A stretch of 64,000 nucleotides of DNA, taken from the NCBI GenBank assembly GCA_027032075.1, contig JALVOC010000172.1, positions 16,434-80,433 on the forward strand, read 5' to 3'. Position 1 is the stretch's first letter. Every line of letters starts with the position of its first letter. The DNA comes from Chromatiales bacterium (GTDB lineage Bacteria; Pseudomonadota; Gammaproteobacteria; UBA6429; Thiohalophilaceae). This document shows positions 1-8,795 of the stretch, piece by piece. The translations under genes were made by a program, and so were the position numbers. The notes beneath the pieces are model-generated. The model made no database searches, was not told where the DNA came from, and saw only the letters and a program-made list of their open reading frames with translations.

Positions 1-187
1 GATGACGTTCAATATACGGTACATGGGGGTGAAGCTTATAGAAGTTGTTGCTATTAATCAAAAGATATTGACGCGCTATTACCCTATTTCCTGCATGGCT
101 TTTTACCAGCGATTCTCCAGAAAGGAAAATCACAGCAACAGTGGGCAATAGCGCGGCTTTGTGCAGAAACAGCCAAAAACGCGGGTC

Positions 188-613
188 TCAAACGCCGCAG
201 GTACCGGTATCCCAACCAAAGTAGCGGCTGTGCGCCTTTTTGTACAGCCAGACGCCAATGAAAATACCGATTGCAGTGGCAATCGCCGGCAGGGCGCCAT
301 GGCCCAGTTGAATAAACACCAGGCTGGGGCAGGCGCCGGTGATTGCCCAGCCAAAACCGAAGAGCATACTGCCGGGAACCGTGCCGGGTTGCAGGATTTT
401 ATGCTGTTTGGGAATGCGTTTGTTGAGGACGAAATACACTGCCATGCTCAACGCCACGGCACCGGCAAAGGTATAGAGCATGCGCAGATCCGTGAGGATA
501 AACATCTTGTGGAGTTCATCGTAATCGGCAAAACCGATGCGGGTGAGGACCCCACCAAAAATGAGACCAACGACACTATAGGCGAGGTGCTGCTTGAGGC
601 GGAAGGATTTCAT
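188..613 (-). CDS. YeeE/YedE-family (DUF395) sulfur-compound transport membrane protein, short partner
   Basis: ORF 188..733 trimmed to the ATG at 613 (MKSFRLKQ...), which overlaps the upstream stop by 4 nt (ATGA). Polytopic hydrophobic protein with a GWAITGACPS-type motif. Confidence 0.75.
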   Translation of the reverse strand: MKSFRLKQHLAYSVVGLIFGGVLTRIGFADYDELHKMFILTDLRMLYTFAGAVALSMAVYFVLNKRIPKQHKILQPGTVPGSMLFGFGWAITGACPSLVFIQLGHGALPAIATAIGIFIGVWLYKKAHSRYFGWDTGTCGV

Positions 614-1242
614 CGGATCATCACCTCCATCAACATCGAAAGAAAAATGGCGCTGAGCATAAATACCAGCGTGGCGAGAAAACTGGCGGGGATCAGTCTG
701 GCGCAACCGCTCAGTCCATGACCCGAGGTACAACCACCCGCCATCTGCGTGCCAAATCCAACCATCATGCCGCCAAACAGCATGGCGAGCCAGACTTCCC
801 AGGTGTCACCAAATATCCGGCTGTGCACGTCGCTGAGATCCAAGCGCAGTTCGAATTGCCCGTTATACCAGGCAACGACAAAAGCCCCTGCAAATATACT
901 CAGCAGAAATGTCAGGTGGGCGGTCCAGGGTGTGGTGGCTTCAAGATCCTCAACCGCAACGGTGGCTTCCTGCTGATCCGCTTCGGGATAGCTGCCCTGC
1001 AATTCCTTGACAGCGTCCTCCCCGAATTCGGCCAGGGTTTCCGCCATAAAAGCATTTTCCATCGCTGCGGTATCTTCCACCAGCGCTCTGTTGGCCTTGA
1101 GTGTCTCCCGATTCTCCTTCCAGGCCACCACCTTGGCCCAGCTGCCGGATACACCAAGTAAACGGCCTATTAATAACAGGTAGATGATGCCGACTCCGCC
1201 GAGTCCAAGCGCCCCCAACCACCAGGGCCAATACTCAATCAC
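610..1242 (-). CDS. YeeE/YedE-family (DUF395) sulfur-compound transport membrane protein
   Basis: 210-aa ORF with hydrophobic ends, a GTQMAGGCTSGHGLSG motif typical of the family and an acidic soluble insert. Translationally coupled to 188..613. Confidence 0.8.
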   Translation of the reverse strand: MIEYWPWWLGALGLGGVGIIYLLLIGRLLGVSGSWAKVVAWKENRETLKANRALVEDTAAMENAFMAETLAEFGEDAVKELQGSYPEADQQEATVAVEDLEATTPWTAHLTFLLSIFAGAFVVAWYNGQFELRLDLSDVHSRIFGDTWEVWLAMLFGGMMVGFGTQMAGGCTSGHGLSGCARLIPASFLATLVFMLSAIFLSMLMEVMIR

Positions 1243-1258
1243 CTCTAATTACCTCTCG

Positions 1259-1858
1259 TCAACTTTCTGCATCTGCATGACTTTTGAAGGGGTTCAGTTT
1301 TTTCAGAAAACCCACGATGCTCGAACGGGCCTCTTCCTCATCATCCACCTTCACTTCAGTATAATCAGCTGGTTCAGAAGTGGCCAGCTTCCGCTTCAGC
1401 ACAGCAACACACTCATGGTGTTCAAATCGTGTGGCGATACTCAGGGCGGTCTCCCCCACCCTGTTTTTGCGAAACGGATTGGCATTGTGTTGCAGCAATA
1501 GATTGATAATCTCGGCATTGCCCACACTGGCGGCCGCCATCAGGGGGGTGGTACCGTCACTGGTGGTGGCCTCCGTCTGCGCAACACCGGTCTTGAACAT
1601 GGACCTGATCAGCGGCAGCCGCCCTTTCTGGATGGCATTGAACAATGCCGCTGCGTTGATTTCTTTCTTGCTGCGAGGCGCCAGCTGTTTGCCGTTGGGC
1701 AACAGTGTCAGCGGCACCGCTTTGCCATTGAGCGCCAACCTGTAGCGGGCGCATTTTTCATATCCGCCTTCACAATAATGCTGCTTCCATAATTTAAGCG
1801 CCGGCTCCATGGCAAGCAGGGGATATAGTTCACATGATGTTGAATGACTGCAAGCCAT
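1259..1858 (-). CDS. Ankyrin-repeat protein with Cys-rich N-terminal module
   Basis: ORF 1259..1942 trimmed to the ATG at 1858 (MACSHSTSCELYP...). The C-terminal half has ankyrin-like repeats (DGTTPLMAAASVGNAEIINLLLQHNANP, GETALSIATRFEHHECVAVL). Confidence 0.7.
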   Translation of the reverse strand: MACSHSTSCELYPLLAMEPALKLWKQHYCEGGYEKCARYRLALNGKAVPLTLLPNGKQLAPRSKKEINAAALFNAIQKGRLPLIRSMFKTGVAQTEATTSDGTTPLMAAASVGNAEIINLLLQHNANPFRKNRVGETALSIATRFEHHECVAVLKRKLATSEPADYTEVKVDDEEEARSSIVGFLKKLNPFKSHADAES

Positions 1859-2339
1859 AATATCTACCTGTCTGTTAATTATAATAATAGTGGTTATCGA
1901 TAACGGGACGCGCCACGAAGGCATCCCGACCAAACACATCACAATCGCTTGCCGATTGTCAAAAATTACACCGATTTCCCTGGCTTACTGTAATTTTATC
2001 GGCAAAACCCTGAATAACTTTAAGCGAATTTTATGATTTTATTTCAGGGATGGTCGCTGTTATATATCTTTTGTCACATAGGCGCATTAACTCCATACAA
2101 AAAACCGATTATATTACTAAAGAATAAAAAGCCGGTGCGCAGACCCTTGTCCCCGTTGTTTCGCGCCAAGAGTCAAGGTGGCCCGATTGATTAGAAAGAA
2201 TCTAAAATTCTGCCGGTTTACAAAAATTTACAATTTGATTGACAAAAAGAGCCGCGCGGTGAGCTGCTGAAAATTATTTGCCTCCCGCTGAACCTCTGAG
2301 CAGAGAAACCTCGGCACGAGACGTGGTGAGTGCATCCTT

Positions 2340-2558
2340 GCAGGGCCGGCAACCTCAACTGGCCGCCAGGGATGGCGGTCAGATGCGGCTGTCGAGCTTA
2401 GCTGGACGATGTAGAGAATGTACGCGTGCCGTGGAGCACATGGATGTGCGGGAACGACGGTATTTACTGCGTGGCATGTAAAATACCCCTGCCCCTGATG
2501 CGAAACCGGAATCTGCCAATACTGTTAAATGATCTGGTATTCGGAACACTTATTTTAG
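2340..2558 (+). repeat. Structured intergenic repeat, type-1, 5'-truncated copy (F1-a)
   Basis: 2363..2558 aligns to 15706..15900 at roughly 85-90% identity by eye. It ends in the terminal motif ctggtattcggaacacttattttag (2534..2558). The left arm and left terminal repeat are absent. Confidence 0.8.
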
Positions 2559-2711
2559 CGGCCGGCGGTCAGGTCGAAGGCCTCCCGCCCTGATGCTCCA
2601 TGGCCTGTCTGGCGTGGTGTTCGAAACACATATGCAGGTCTTTGCTACGGCAACGTGGTATTTTCTGCTTCCAGTAAAGGCTATGCGCATGAGGGGATTA
2701 ACTCACACGAT

Positions 2712-3242
2712 TCATTCTTTTGCGAATTCACTAAACATGGAACGAACGGCATAATCGAGACGTTTTTGCATTTCCTCGGTTGAGCGTTCCTGGTTGACAT
2801 TGGCAACAGCCGAACCAACCCATACAGGGTACAGTGTGTTACTGTCAATGAGTAATACGACCAGTGCCCCTTTGGGGGTATTCTTCAACACCATCATCCT
2901 GGATTCGGGATCCTTTTTTATTCCCAGTACAGACATGTCAACCCCGGCAACGAAACCAACGAGCAGATCAGGCTGATTGGTGGTCTGGGTAAGTTTCTTT
3001 CCCCGTAATTCACGGTCGATTAAAAACCGAAGCTCGGAATCGAGATCGACCTTACCCGGTTCCCACTGTCCCATCGGATCGTTGAGCAATTGTGCCGTAC
3101 CCACCCAGGCATAGGTCTTGTAACCTTGCAGGTTGACTTTGGGATCGGTTTCAGTCGTGACCTCGATATCACCGGTCGGAACTGTGGCACAACCAATGAG
3201 CAGTGACAATAATCCGGCAATCAAAAATGTGTGTGGTTTCAT
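2712..3242 (-). CDS. DUF4136-like lipoprotein
   Basis: ORF trimmed to MKPHTFLIAGLLSLLIGC (lipobox LIGC). The family call comes from memory of similar small lipoproteins. Confidence 0.65.
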   Translation of the reverse strand: MKPHTFLIAGLLSLLIGCATVPTGDIEVTTETDPKVNLQGYKTYAWVGTAQLLNDPMGQWEPGKVDLDSELRFLIDRELRGKKLTQTTNQPDLLVGFVAGVDMSVLGIKKDPESRMMVLKNTPKGALVVLLIDSNTLYPVWVGSAVANVNQERSTEEMQKRLDYAVRSMFSEFAKE

Positions 3243-3666
3243 TTTTCTTCCCTGAAGCAATTAAAGTAAGGGTCTGTTTATCGATTTTATACAAAAATAA
3301 CTTTAACAGATAATTTTGCAGTTTAGTGGAACCAGTTCCTGAATCACATCATACCTGTGTCTGATTGTTGATGGGTTCCGATTCTATACAAAACAGGATC
3401 GTGCAACGTCTTCCCTCACATCCACCCTGCCAGATGGATCATGGACAGGAAGGGAAAGTGATCGGTTACGTCAACGCGGTATTCGCCTTCTCACAAACAG
3501 CCCCAATCTTCCGCTCTACCCACTTCAGCTGCCATTCCTGTTTTCAGGGACAAGTGATTGGCGCCGCCTGACAACGATTAATTGCAGCATCCCTGCCGGT
3601 GAACTGTCTCATGTTACAGACGGCAACAGACGTAATAACTGCATCAACAGGAATTCAAAACCGCGC

Positions 3667-4692
3667 ATGGGAGTCACGATGAACGACTGGGAAAACGCCA
3701 ATTCACCGCAATTTGAAAAAACCCTGTGCAAAGCAATCTCGTTTATCGGGGTTGGCCTGCATAGCGGTAAAAATGTAGCGATAAAAATCAAGCCACTCAT
3801 GCCCGGGAGCGGGATCCTCTTCCTGCGCAAGGATGTGCCTTGCGGCCAGGGCATGATTTCCGCTCGTTGGTACAATGTTACTGAAACCCGTTTATCCACT
3901 ACGCTGGGAAATGAACATGGTGTGACGGTGGCAACGGTGGAACATCTGCTGGCGGCACTGCACGGATGTGGTGTCGACAACGCCCTTATCGAGCTGGATG
4001 GTCCGGAAGTTCCGATTATGGATGGCAGCTCGGATCCCTTTGTCTCCACCATCGAACAAATCGGCACGGTAGCGCAACCACAGAAGCGAAACATTATCTG
4101 GATCCAGCGGCCGATTGAAGTACGCGAAGGTGACAAATACGCCATCCTCATGCCCTATAATTCATCGCGCATCACGGTTGAGATCGATTTTCCCGATTCA
4201 GCGATACGATCACAGACGCTCTCGGTTGAACTGGTCAACGAGGCTTTCAGAAATGATGTGGCAAGGGCGCGGACATTCGGCTTTTCACAACAAGTGGCTT
4301 GTCTGAAAAAACAGGGTCTGGCGCGAGGTAGCTCCCTCAACAATGCAATACTGATAGATGGCAACCGCATCGTCAATGAGGAAGGCCTGCGCTACAACGA
4401 TGAATTTGTGCGTCACAAAATCCTTGACTGCCTGGGTGATCTTGCGCTGGCGGGTGTTCCCATCATGGGACATCTGTATGCCTATAAACCCGGGCATTCA
4501 TTAAACAATCGGTTAATGCACAAGCTATTCGATGACCGAAGCAACTGGTCCTACCTATCTATGGATGAATTCCTGATGTTGACAGGCACAAGGCCTGCAA
4601 AATCGAATGATGCAACATCAAATCCGCTGGAGGAAAAAATCAGCTGCGGCCAGACGACATTTCACAAACGAAGACGTAGCAAGAACGCTTGA
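3667..4692 (+). CDS. lpxC: UDP-3-O-acyl-N-acetylglucosamine deacetylase (LpxC) homologue with ~35-aa C-terminal extension
   Basis: Collinear with E. coli LpxC: GVGLHSG, TVEHLLAAL, PIMDGSS, ARTFGF, DEFVRHKILDCLGDL and YKPGHSLNN motifs. Confidence 0.9.
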   Translation: MGVTMNDWENANSPQFEKTLCKAISFIGVGLHSGKNVAIKIKPLMPGSGILFLRKDVPCGQGMISARWYNVTETRLSTTLGNEHGVTVATVEHLLAALHGCGVDNALIELDGPEVPIMDGSSDPFVSTIEQIGTVAQPQKRNIIWIQRPIEVREGDKYAILMPYNSSRITVEIDFPDSAIRSQTLSVELVNEAFRNDVARARTFGFSQQVACLKKQGLARGSSLNNAILIDGNRIVNEEGLRYNDEFVRHKILDCLGDLALAGVPIMGHLYAYKPGHSLNNRLMHKLFDDRSNWSYLSMDEFLMLTGTRPAKSNDATSNPLEEKISCGQTTFHKRRRSKNA

Positions 4693-4793
4693 ACGGCTGT
4701 GCATGGAAGGAACCCACCTCGCCACGCCTTGTTCCTGTGAATCGGGCTGGCTTGCCACCAAGCTGCTGTCAATCCCCCACAGTTGCGGCAACG

Positions 4794-4821
4794 CCTCACT
4801 CCAGTGGCTGCTGGAGTGAGG
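4794..4821. terminator. 11-bp perfect hairpin between convergent lpxC and AraC genes
   Basis: cctcactccag / ctggagtgagg with a 6-nt loop. No clear U-tract on either strand. Confidence 0.3.
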
Positions 4822-4934
4822 AAACAGCTTGTACTGGTTTCTCTAATCCCGCTTGCACCTGCATGATGATAATTGCCTGGCCATCTTTCTTTGCGCACAA
4901 AACAGCAGATTGATATGGTTCTCAAAATAAACAC

Positions 4935-5960
4935 TTAATCAGAAGCAACATTGTTACGGTAATCAGATGGTGAATACCCCGTCCAACGTTTAAACGCGCG
5001 GGTAAAATTACTTGGCTCTGAAAAACCGAGCATGTAGGTTATTTCTGAAATAGAATGACGATGCTCTTTCATATATTGCAGTGCCAGTTCCCGCCGTGTT
5101 TCTTCCAGCAGCGCACGGTAACTTGTATTTTCCTCTTTCAGTTTTCTTTGCATTTTACGCAAACTGATGGAAATCGAATCGGCAATTTGCGCCGGATCAG
5201 GCATGCCGGTGGGGAGTTGTTCAATGATGCGGGAACGGACCTGCACAACGATATCTTGCCGATCAAAACGAGCCAGATAGCGGATAACTGTTTCATCGTT
5301 CAAGCGTGCCAGTTCCGGGTTTGCCATTTGCAGCGGTTTATCGATTTCCGTCTTGTCGAAGACAAGTTTGTTTACTCCACTTTCAAAATAGAGCGGCGCA
5401 GAAAAGTAGGCTTTGTAGGGTTCGGAATTTGCGGGTTCAGGCCGGATCATATATACCGCTTTCGGGTGCAGATCTTCTTCTACCACGGTGATACGGCACA
5501 TCCGCAGAAAAATCGCAAAAGCTGCATCTGACGCAACGTAGGCAAAATCGGGCCACTTTTCCAGCCCGCAGGAGACAAGACAGAAATCATCGGCCGTTTC
5601 TTCAATTTTATAATTTATCAAGGTGTTGAGCAGGCGCGAAAATCGCACCAAGCGCAGCAGTGCGTCACGCAGTGTATCGCTTGACAGCCAGGCAAACCCC
5701 AGTCCATGTAGTGCGGCGGGTTGCATTTGCTTTGCCACTGTCAGACCAAAACTTTCATCACCCGTTCTGTCCACGCACAGTCGCCACAGTTTTTGCAGCT
5801 TTGCCATTGGAAAGCGGCTGTAGGGATCATTGAATTGCTCAAGTTCAATACCGGCTTCCCGAAACAGCGGCTCAGGATCTATCCTGTAGCTCAACAATCC
5901 CTGATAGATCAGCTTTGCGGCACTGCCAATGGTCGAGATTTCTTCCTTAAATATAACCAT
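4935..5960 (-). CDS. AraC-family transcriptional regulator (N-terminal ligand-binding-like domain)
   Basis: ORF 4935..6110 trimmed to the ATG at 5960. C-terminal HTH: ISEITYMLGFSEPSNFTRAFKRWTGYSPSDYR. Confidence 0.85.
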   Translation of the reverse strand: MVIFKEEISTIGSAAKLIYQGLLSYRIDPEPLFREAGIELEQFNDPYSRFPMAKLQKLWRLCVDRTGDESFGLTVAKQMQPAALHGLGFAWLSSDTLRDALLRLVRFSRLLNTLINYKIEETADDFCLVSCGLEKWPDFAYVASDAAFAIFLRMCRITVVEEDLHPKAVYMIRPEPANSEPYKAYFSAPLYFESGVNKLVFDKTEIDKPLQMANPELARLNDETVIRYLARFDRQDIVVQVRSRIIEQLPTGMPDPAQIADSISISLRKMQRKLKEENTSYRALLEETRRELALQYMKEHRHSISEITYMLGFSEPSNFTRAFKRWTGYSPSDYRNNVASD

Positions 5961-6357
5961 ATCCTGATGATAACACGCTACCGGAGAAGAAGAATAAAGG
6001 CCCTTTACCCTGAAGTTTGCATGACACACTGTGACAGAAACCGCAGTGAACACGAGAAGGGAAAAATAATTAAAAGAAGCTTTTTCCGTTCCTGCCGTTT
6101 GTATCATCAAACCGGTGAGCCTTCGATATTGTCATGAGGATCCTGCCATCTCTCACCATATGCACAAGCATGAATTTTTTGTCCAGTGGCACAAATCTGC
6201 AAATTTTGGTGGTATTTCAGGTGATGTTGCGGTTACACTGCCGGATAATTACATCTTGTCTTGGTTGTTTCAGAGTACCTTGTGTTTTTCTCCTGTAAAT
6301 TGCCTTGTATGATTTGTAAGAACAGAACTAATTTATTGATTTATCGAGGTAATTTAC

Positions 6358-6564
6358 ATGGCTACAGGTGTCGTCAAGTGGTTTAACGAATCCAAGGGTT
6401 ACGGCTTTATTTCCCCATCGGATGGCAGCGCAGATGTGTTCGTACATTTTTCCGCAATTGTCAGCGACGGTTTTCGCACTTTGAACGAAGGTCAAACGGT
6501 GAACTACGAAGTGGAAAACGGCCCCAAAGGACCACAAGCATCGAAAGTAACCGTGCAAAGCTAG
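6358..6564 (+). CDS. cspA: Cold-shock protein, CspA family
   Basis: 68 aa, [18 protein letters not shown]...VFVHFSAI (RNP1/RNP2 motifs). GAGG Shine-Dalgarno upstream. Confidence 0.95.
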   Translation: MATGVVKWFNESKGYGFISPSDGSADVFVHFSAIVSDGFRTLNEGQTVNYEVENGPKGPQASKVTVQS

Positions 6565-6597
6565 TTTTGCCCCCTGTTTTTATCTGAGTCCATCGCG

Positions 6598-6626
6598 CCC
6601 CGCAGCCTGCTGCGGGGTTCGGCTTC
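6598..6626 (+). terminator. Possible terminator after cspA
   Basis: ccccgcag-cctg-ctgcgggg hairpin 34 nt after the stop, followed by a weak ttcggcttc tract. Confidence 0.4.
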
Positions 6627-6923
6627 AACCAGCCATTCCCAGCCTGGTGACCGCATCTTTACGCATGGTGGTCTCTCTGCCGATGGATTTTTTCCGGGTT
6701 GCCCAAGGCTGCCGGCTTGATAAAACGAAACGAGACGGCAGCAAAATACCACGCAAACTATGTGTGATTTATGCCTGTTTCATTCCCACCTTCCAAAACC
6801 GGAAGGCACGCCTCCCCACACGATGTTTCTAATACTTTTTTCTGGCAACTAATTCAACTATTCTAGTGAGTATTATTCTGGCGAACATGCAGTTTGGCCG
6901 GTGAATCACTAGCTGAGTTTAAG

Positions 6924-8765
6924 ATGCCTCAACACCCACCGCCGTTGAATGAGCTTATCGGGCTCATATACGAAACCGCCGAAGATCCGGAGCTATGGCC
7001 GATGTTGCTGGCGGGTATGGCCGAAGCCGTTGAGGAAGCCAGCCAGGATCCGGCGGCCGGCTTGCTGGAAAATGTGTCTATCGAGCAGCAGGCCGTCCAT
7101 CCCGGTGGGGCCAGCGTGGAGAGATTTTCCAACAATCGTCCACCGCAGCTGAATGAAACCCATTTGGTGGAGCAACTCATTCCCCATTTTCAAAGAGCCC
7201 TGCGCATCAACCGCAAATTGTCCGAATCAAACCAGCAACAGACGCTGGCACTGGGCATTCTTGACCATTTACCACTGGGGGTCATGCTCGTTGACGCCAA
7301 TCTCAAGGTATGTGCCATGAACCGGCAGCTGGAGGACATCATTGCACACCGCATCGGTTTACGGCTCCATGAAGATCGCCTCGTGACCGAATCCCTGACC
7401 GACACCCTTGCCTTACGTACACTGGTGCAACAGGCCATAAACGATACCGATGCAGGAGTGGAATCCCTGTTACTCAACGGCCAGTCATCCCTGTCACTGC
7501 TGGTAATCCCGAACCGCGGCAAACTGGAAAACACCACTATAAATCACTGCTGCACCCTGTTTGTTGCCGCTCATGAGCTGGGGCACCGTGTTTCCCAGCC
7601 GCTGCTCCGATCCCTCTTCGGGCTGAGTCCAGCTGAAGCGCGTCTTGCCTCCCTGCTGGTGGCCGGAAAGTCACTGGAAAACGCGGCGAAAGAACTGAAC
7701 ATCAGCCGCCACACGGCACGCGCCCAGCTCAAATCGATTTTCGCCCGGACCGGCACCAACCGCCAACCGGATCTGGTACAACGCGTGCTCACCAGTCCCG
7801 CGATGATCAATCCCCGTCAGCCGGACGAATCGGCGGCCGACAACAAGGTGGAAAAGCCGCGTCCACGGGGGCGGGAAGGTTATCTGCGTCTTGCCTGCGG
7901 TCGCCGCCTGCACTATGCGGAATATGGCGATCCGGCCGGCACCCCGGTGTTCTTTTTTCACAGTATCGTTGGCTCGCACCTGCAGATCCATCCCGACCCG
8001 CTGTTGATCGATTCCCTTGGCCTGCGCTGGATCGTGCCAGAACGGCCCGGCTTCGGGGATTCCGATCCCCAACCGAAACGCCGCCTGCTGGACTGGGCGG
8101 AAGACATCCGGCAACTGGCGGATCACCTGAAACTGGAACGCTACTACCTCGCGGGCTATTCGGCTGGCGGCGTCCATGCTGCTGCCTGCGCCTGGCAACA
8201 TCCTGAACGGGTGATCCGCACCGCCCTGATCAGCACCATGGCACCCTTCACGTCACTCTCGGCCCTGGCGGGCATGCCGCCAACCAACCGCATGCTCATG
8301 GGCATGGCGCGCTACACACCCGCCCTGCTCGGCCCCTTCATGCGGGTGATGCTTCATGGCCTCGAACGTAATCCGGAACAGATCACCAGTCGTCACGTCG
8401 AGTTATGGCCGGAAGCCGATCGGCAAACGCTGGACCTGCCCGGCATGCGGGAATTTATGGTGGAGGTGTTCCGCCAGTCCATCAAACAGGGACCGGACGC
8501 CATCGTCTCGGAGCAGATCCTGCTCGCCCATCCCTGGGGCTTTGATCCGGCTGAGATCAAAACCGAAACCCACATCTGGCATGGCGACGCGGATATTCAT
8601 GTCCCCATCAGCATGCTGACGCCCATCACCCGTATTCCCGACCACACCCTCTACACCATCCCGGGAATGGGCCATTACCTGATCCTGGCTCACTGGCAGG
8701 AGATTTTTGAAACACTGGTGAGTGACACTGTCACAACTGAAAAAGCCCCGCCGAAGCGGGGCTGA
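6924..8765 (+). CDS. LuxR-type HTH regulator fused to a C-terminal alpha/beta-hydrolase domain
   Basis: ATG at 6924 (the track ORF starts at a TTG at 6894). Mid-protein LuxR HTH: LSPAEARLASLLVAGKSLENAAKELNISRHTARAQLKSIF. Then a hydrolase fold: FFFHS, nucleophile elbow GYSAGG, HGDAD, GMGHY. Confidence 0.8.
   Translation: MPQHPPPLNELIGLIYETAEDPELWPMLLAGMAEAVEEASQDPAAGLLENVSIEQQAVHPGGASVERFSNNRPPQLNETHLVEQLIPHFQRALRINRKLSESNQQQTLALGILDHLPLGVMLVDANLKVCAMNRQLEDIIAHRIGLRLHEDRLVTESLTDTLALRTLVQQAINDTDAGVESLLLNGQSSLSLLVIPNRGKLENTTINHCCTLFVAAHELGHRVSQPLLRSLFGLSPAEARLASLLVAGKSLENAAKELNISRHTARAQLKSIFARTGTNRQPDLVQRVLTSPAMINPRQPDESAADNKVEKPRPRGREGYLRLACGRRLHYAEYGDPAGTPVFFFHSIVGSHLQIHPDPLLIDSLGLRWIVPERPGFGDSDPQPKRRLLDWAEDIRQLADHLKLERYYLAGYSAGGVHAAACAWQHPERVIRTALISTMAPFTSLSALAGMPPTNRMLMGMARYTPALLGPFMRVMLHGLERNPEQITSRHVELWPEADRQTLDLPGMREFMVEVFRQSIKQGPDAIVSEQILLAHPWGFDPAEIKTETHIWHGDADIHVPISMLTPITRIPDHTLYTIPGMGHYLILAHWQEIFETLVSDTVTTEKAPPKRG
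8740..8762 (-). terminator. Rho-independent terminator for the 8796..11276 gene, embedded in the last codons of the convergent gene
   Basis: On the - strand: gccccgc-ttcg-gcggggc followed by ttttt. A 7-bp GC stem with a UUCG loop. Confidence 0.65.
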
Positions 8766-8795
8766 TCCACAGATATTGCCCTGATACCGATGGGA

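Noticed and set aside
1-187. Possible 3' end of a + strand gene at the window edge (frames ending at 57 or about 148).
   Set aside because: It is too short and has no recognisable motif, so it cannot be supported from the window alone.
2383-2481. A 32-codon ORF (MRLS..GRC..C..VEHMDVRER.YL.R.M) with identical start and stop positions in both type-1 repeat copies (also 15726..15824).
   Set aside because: Eleven nucleotide differences give 10 amino-acid replacements and only 1 synonymous change. There is therefore no sign of purifying selection on a peptide. Frame preservation is explained by the absence of indels in this stretch.
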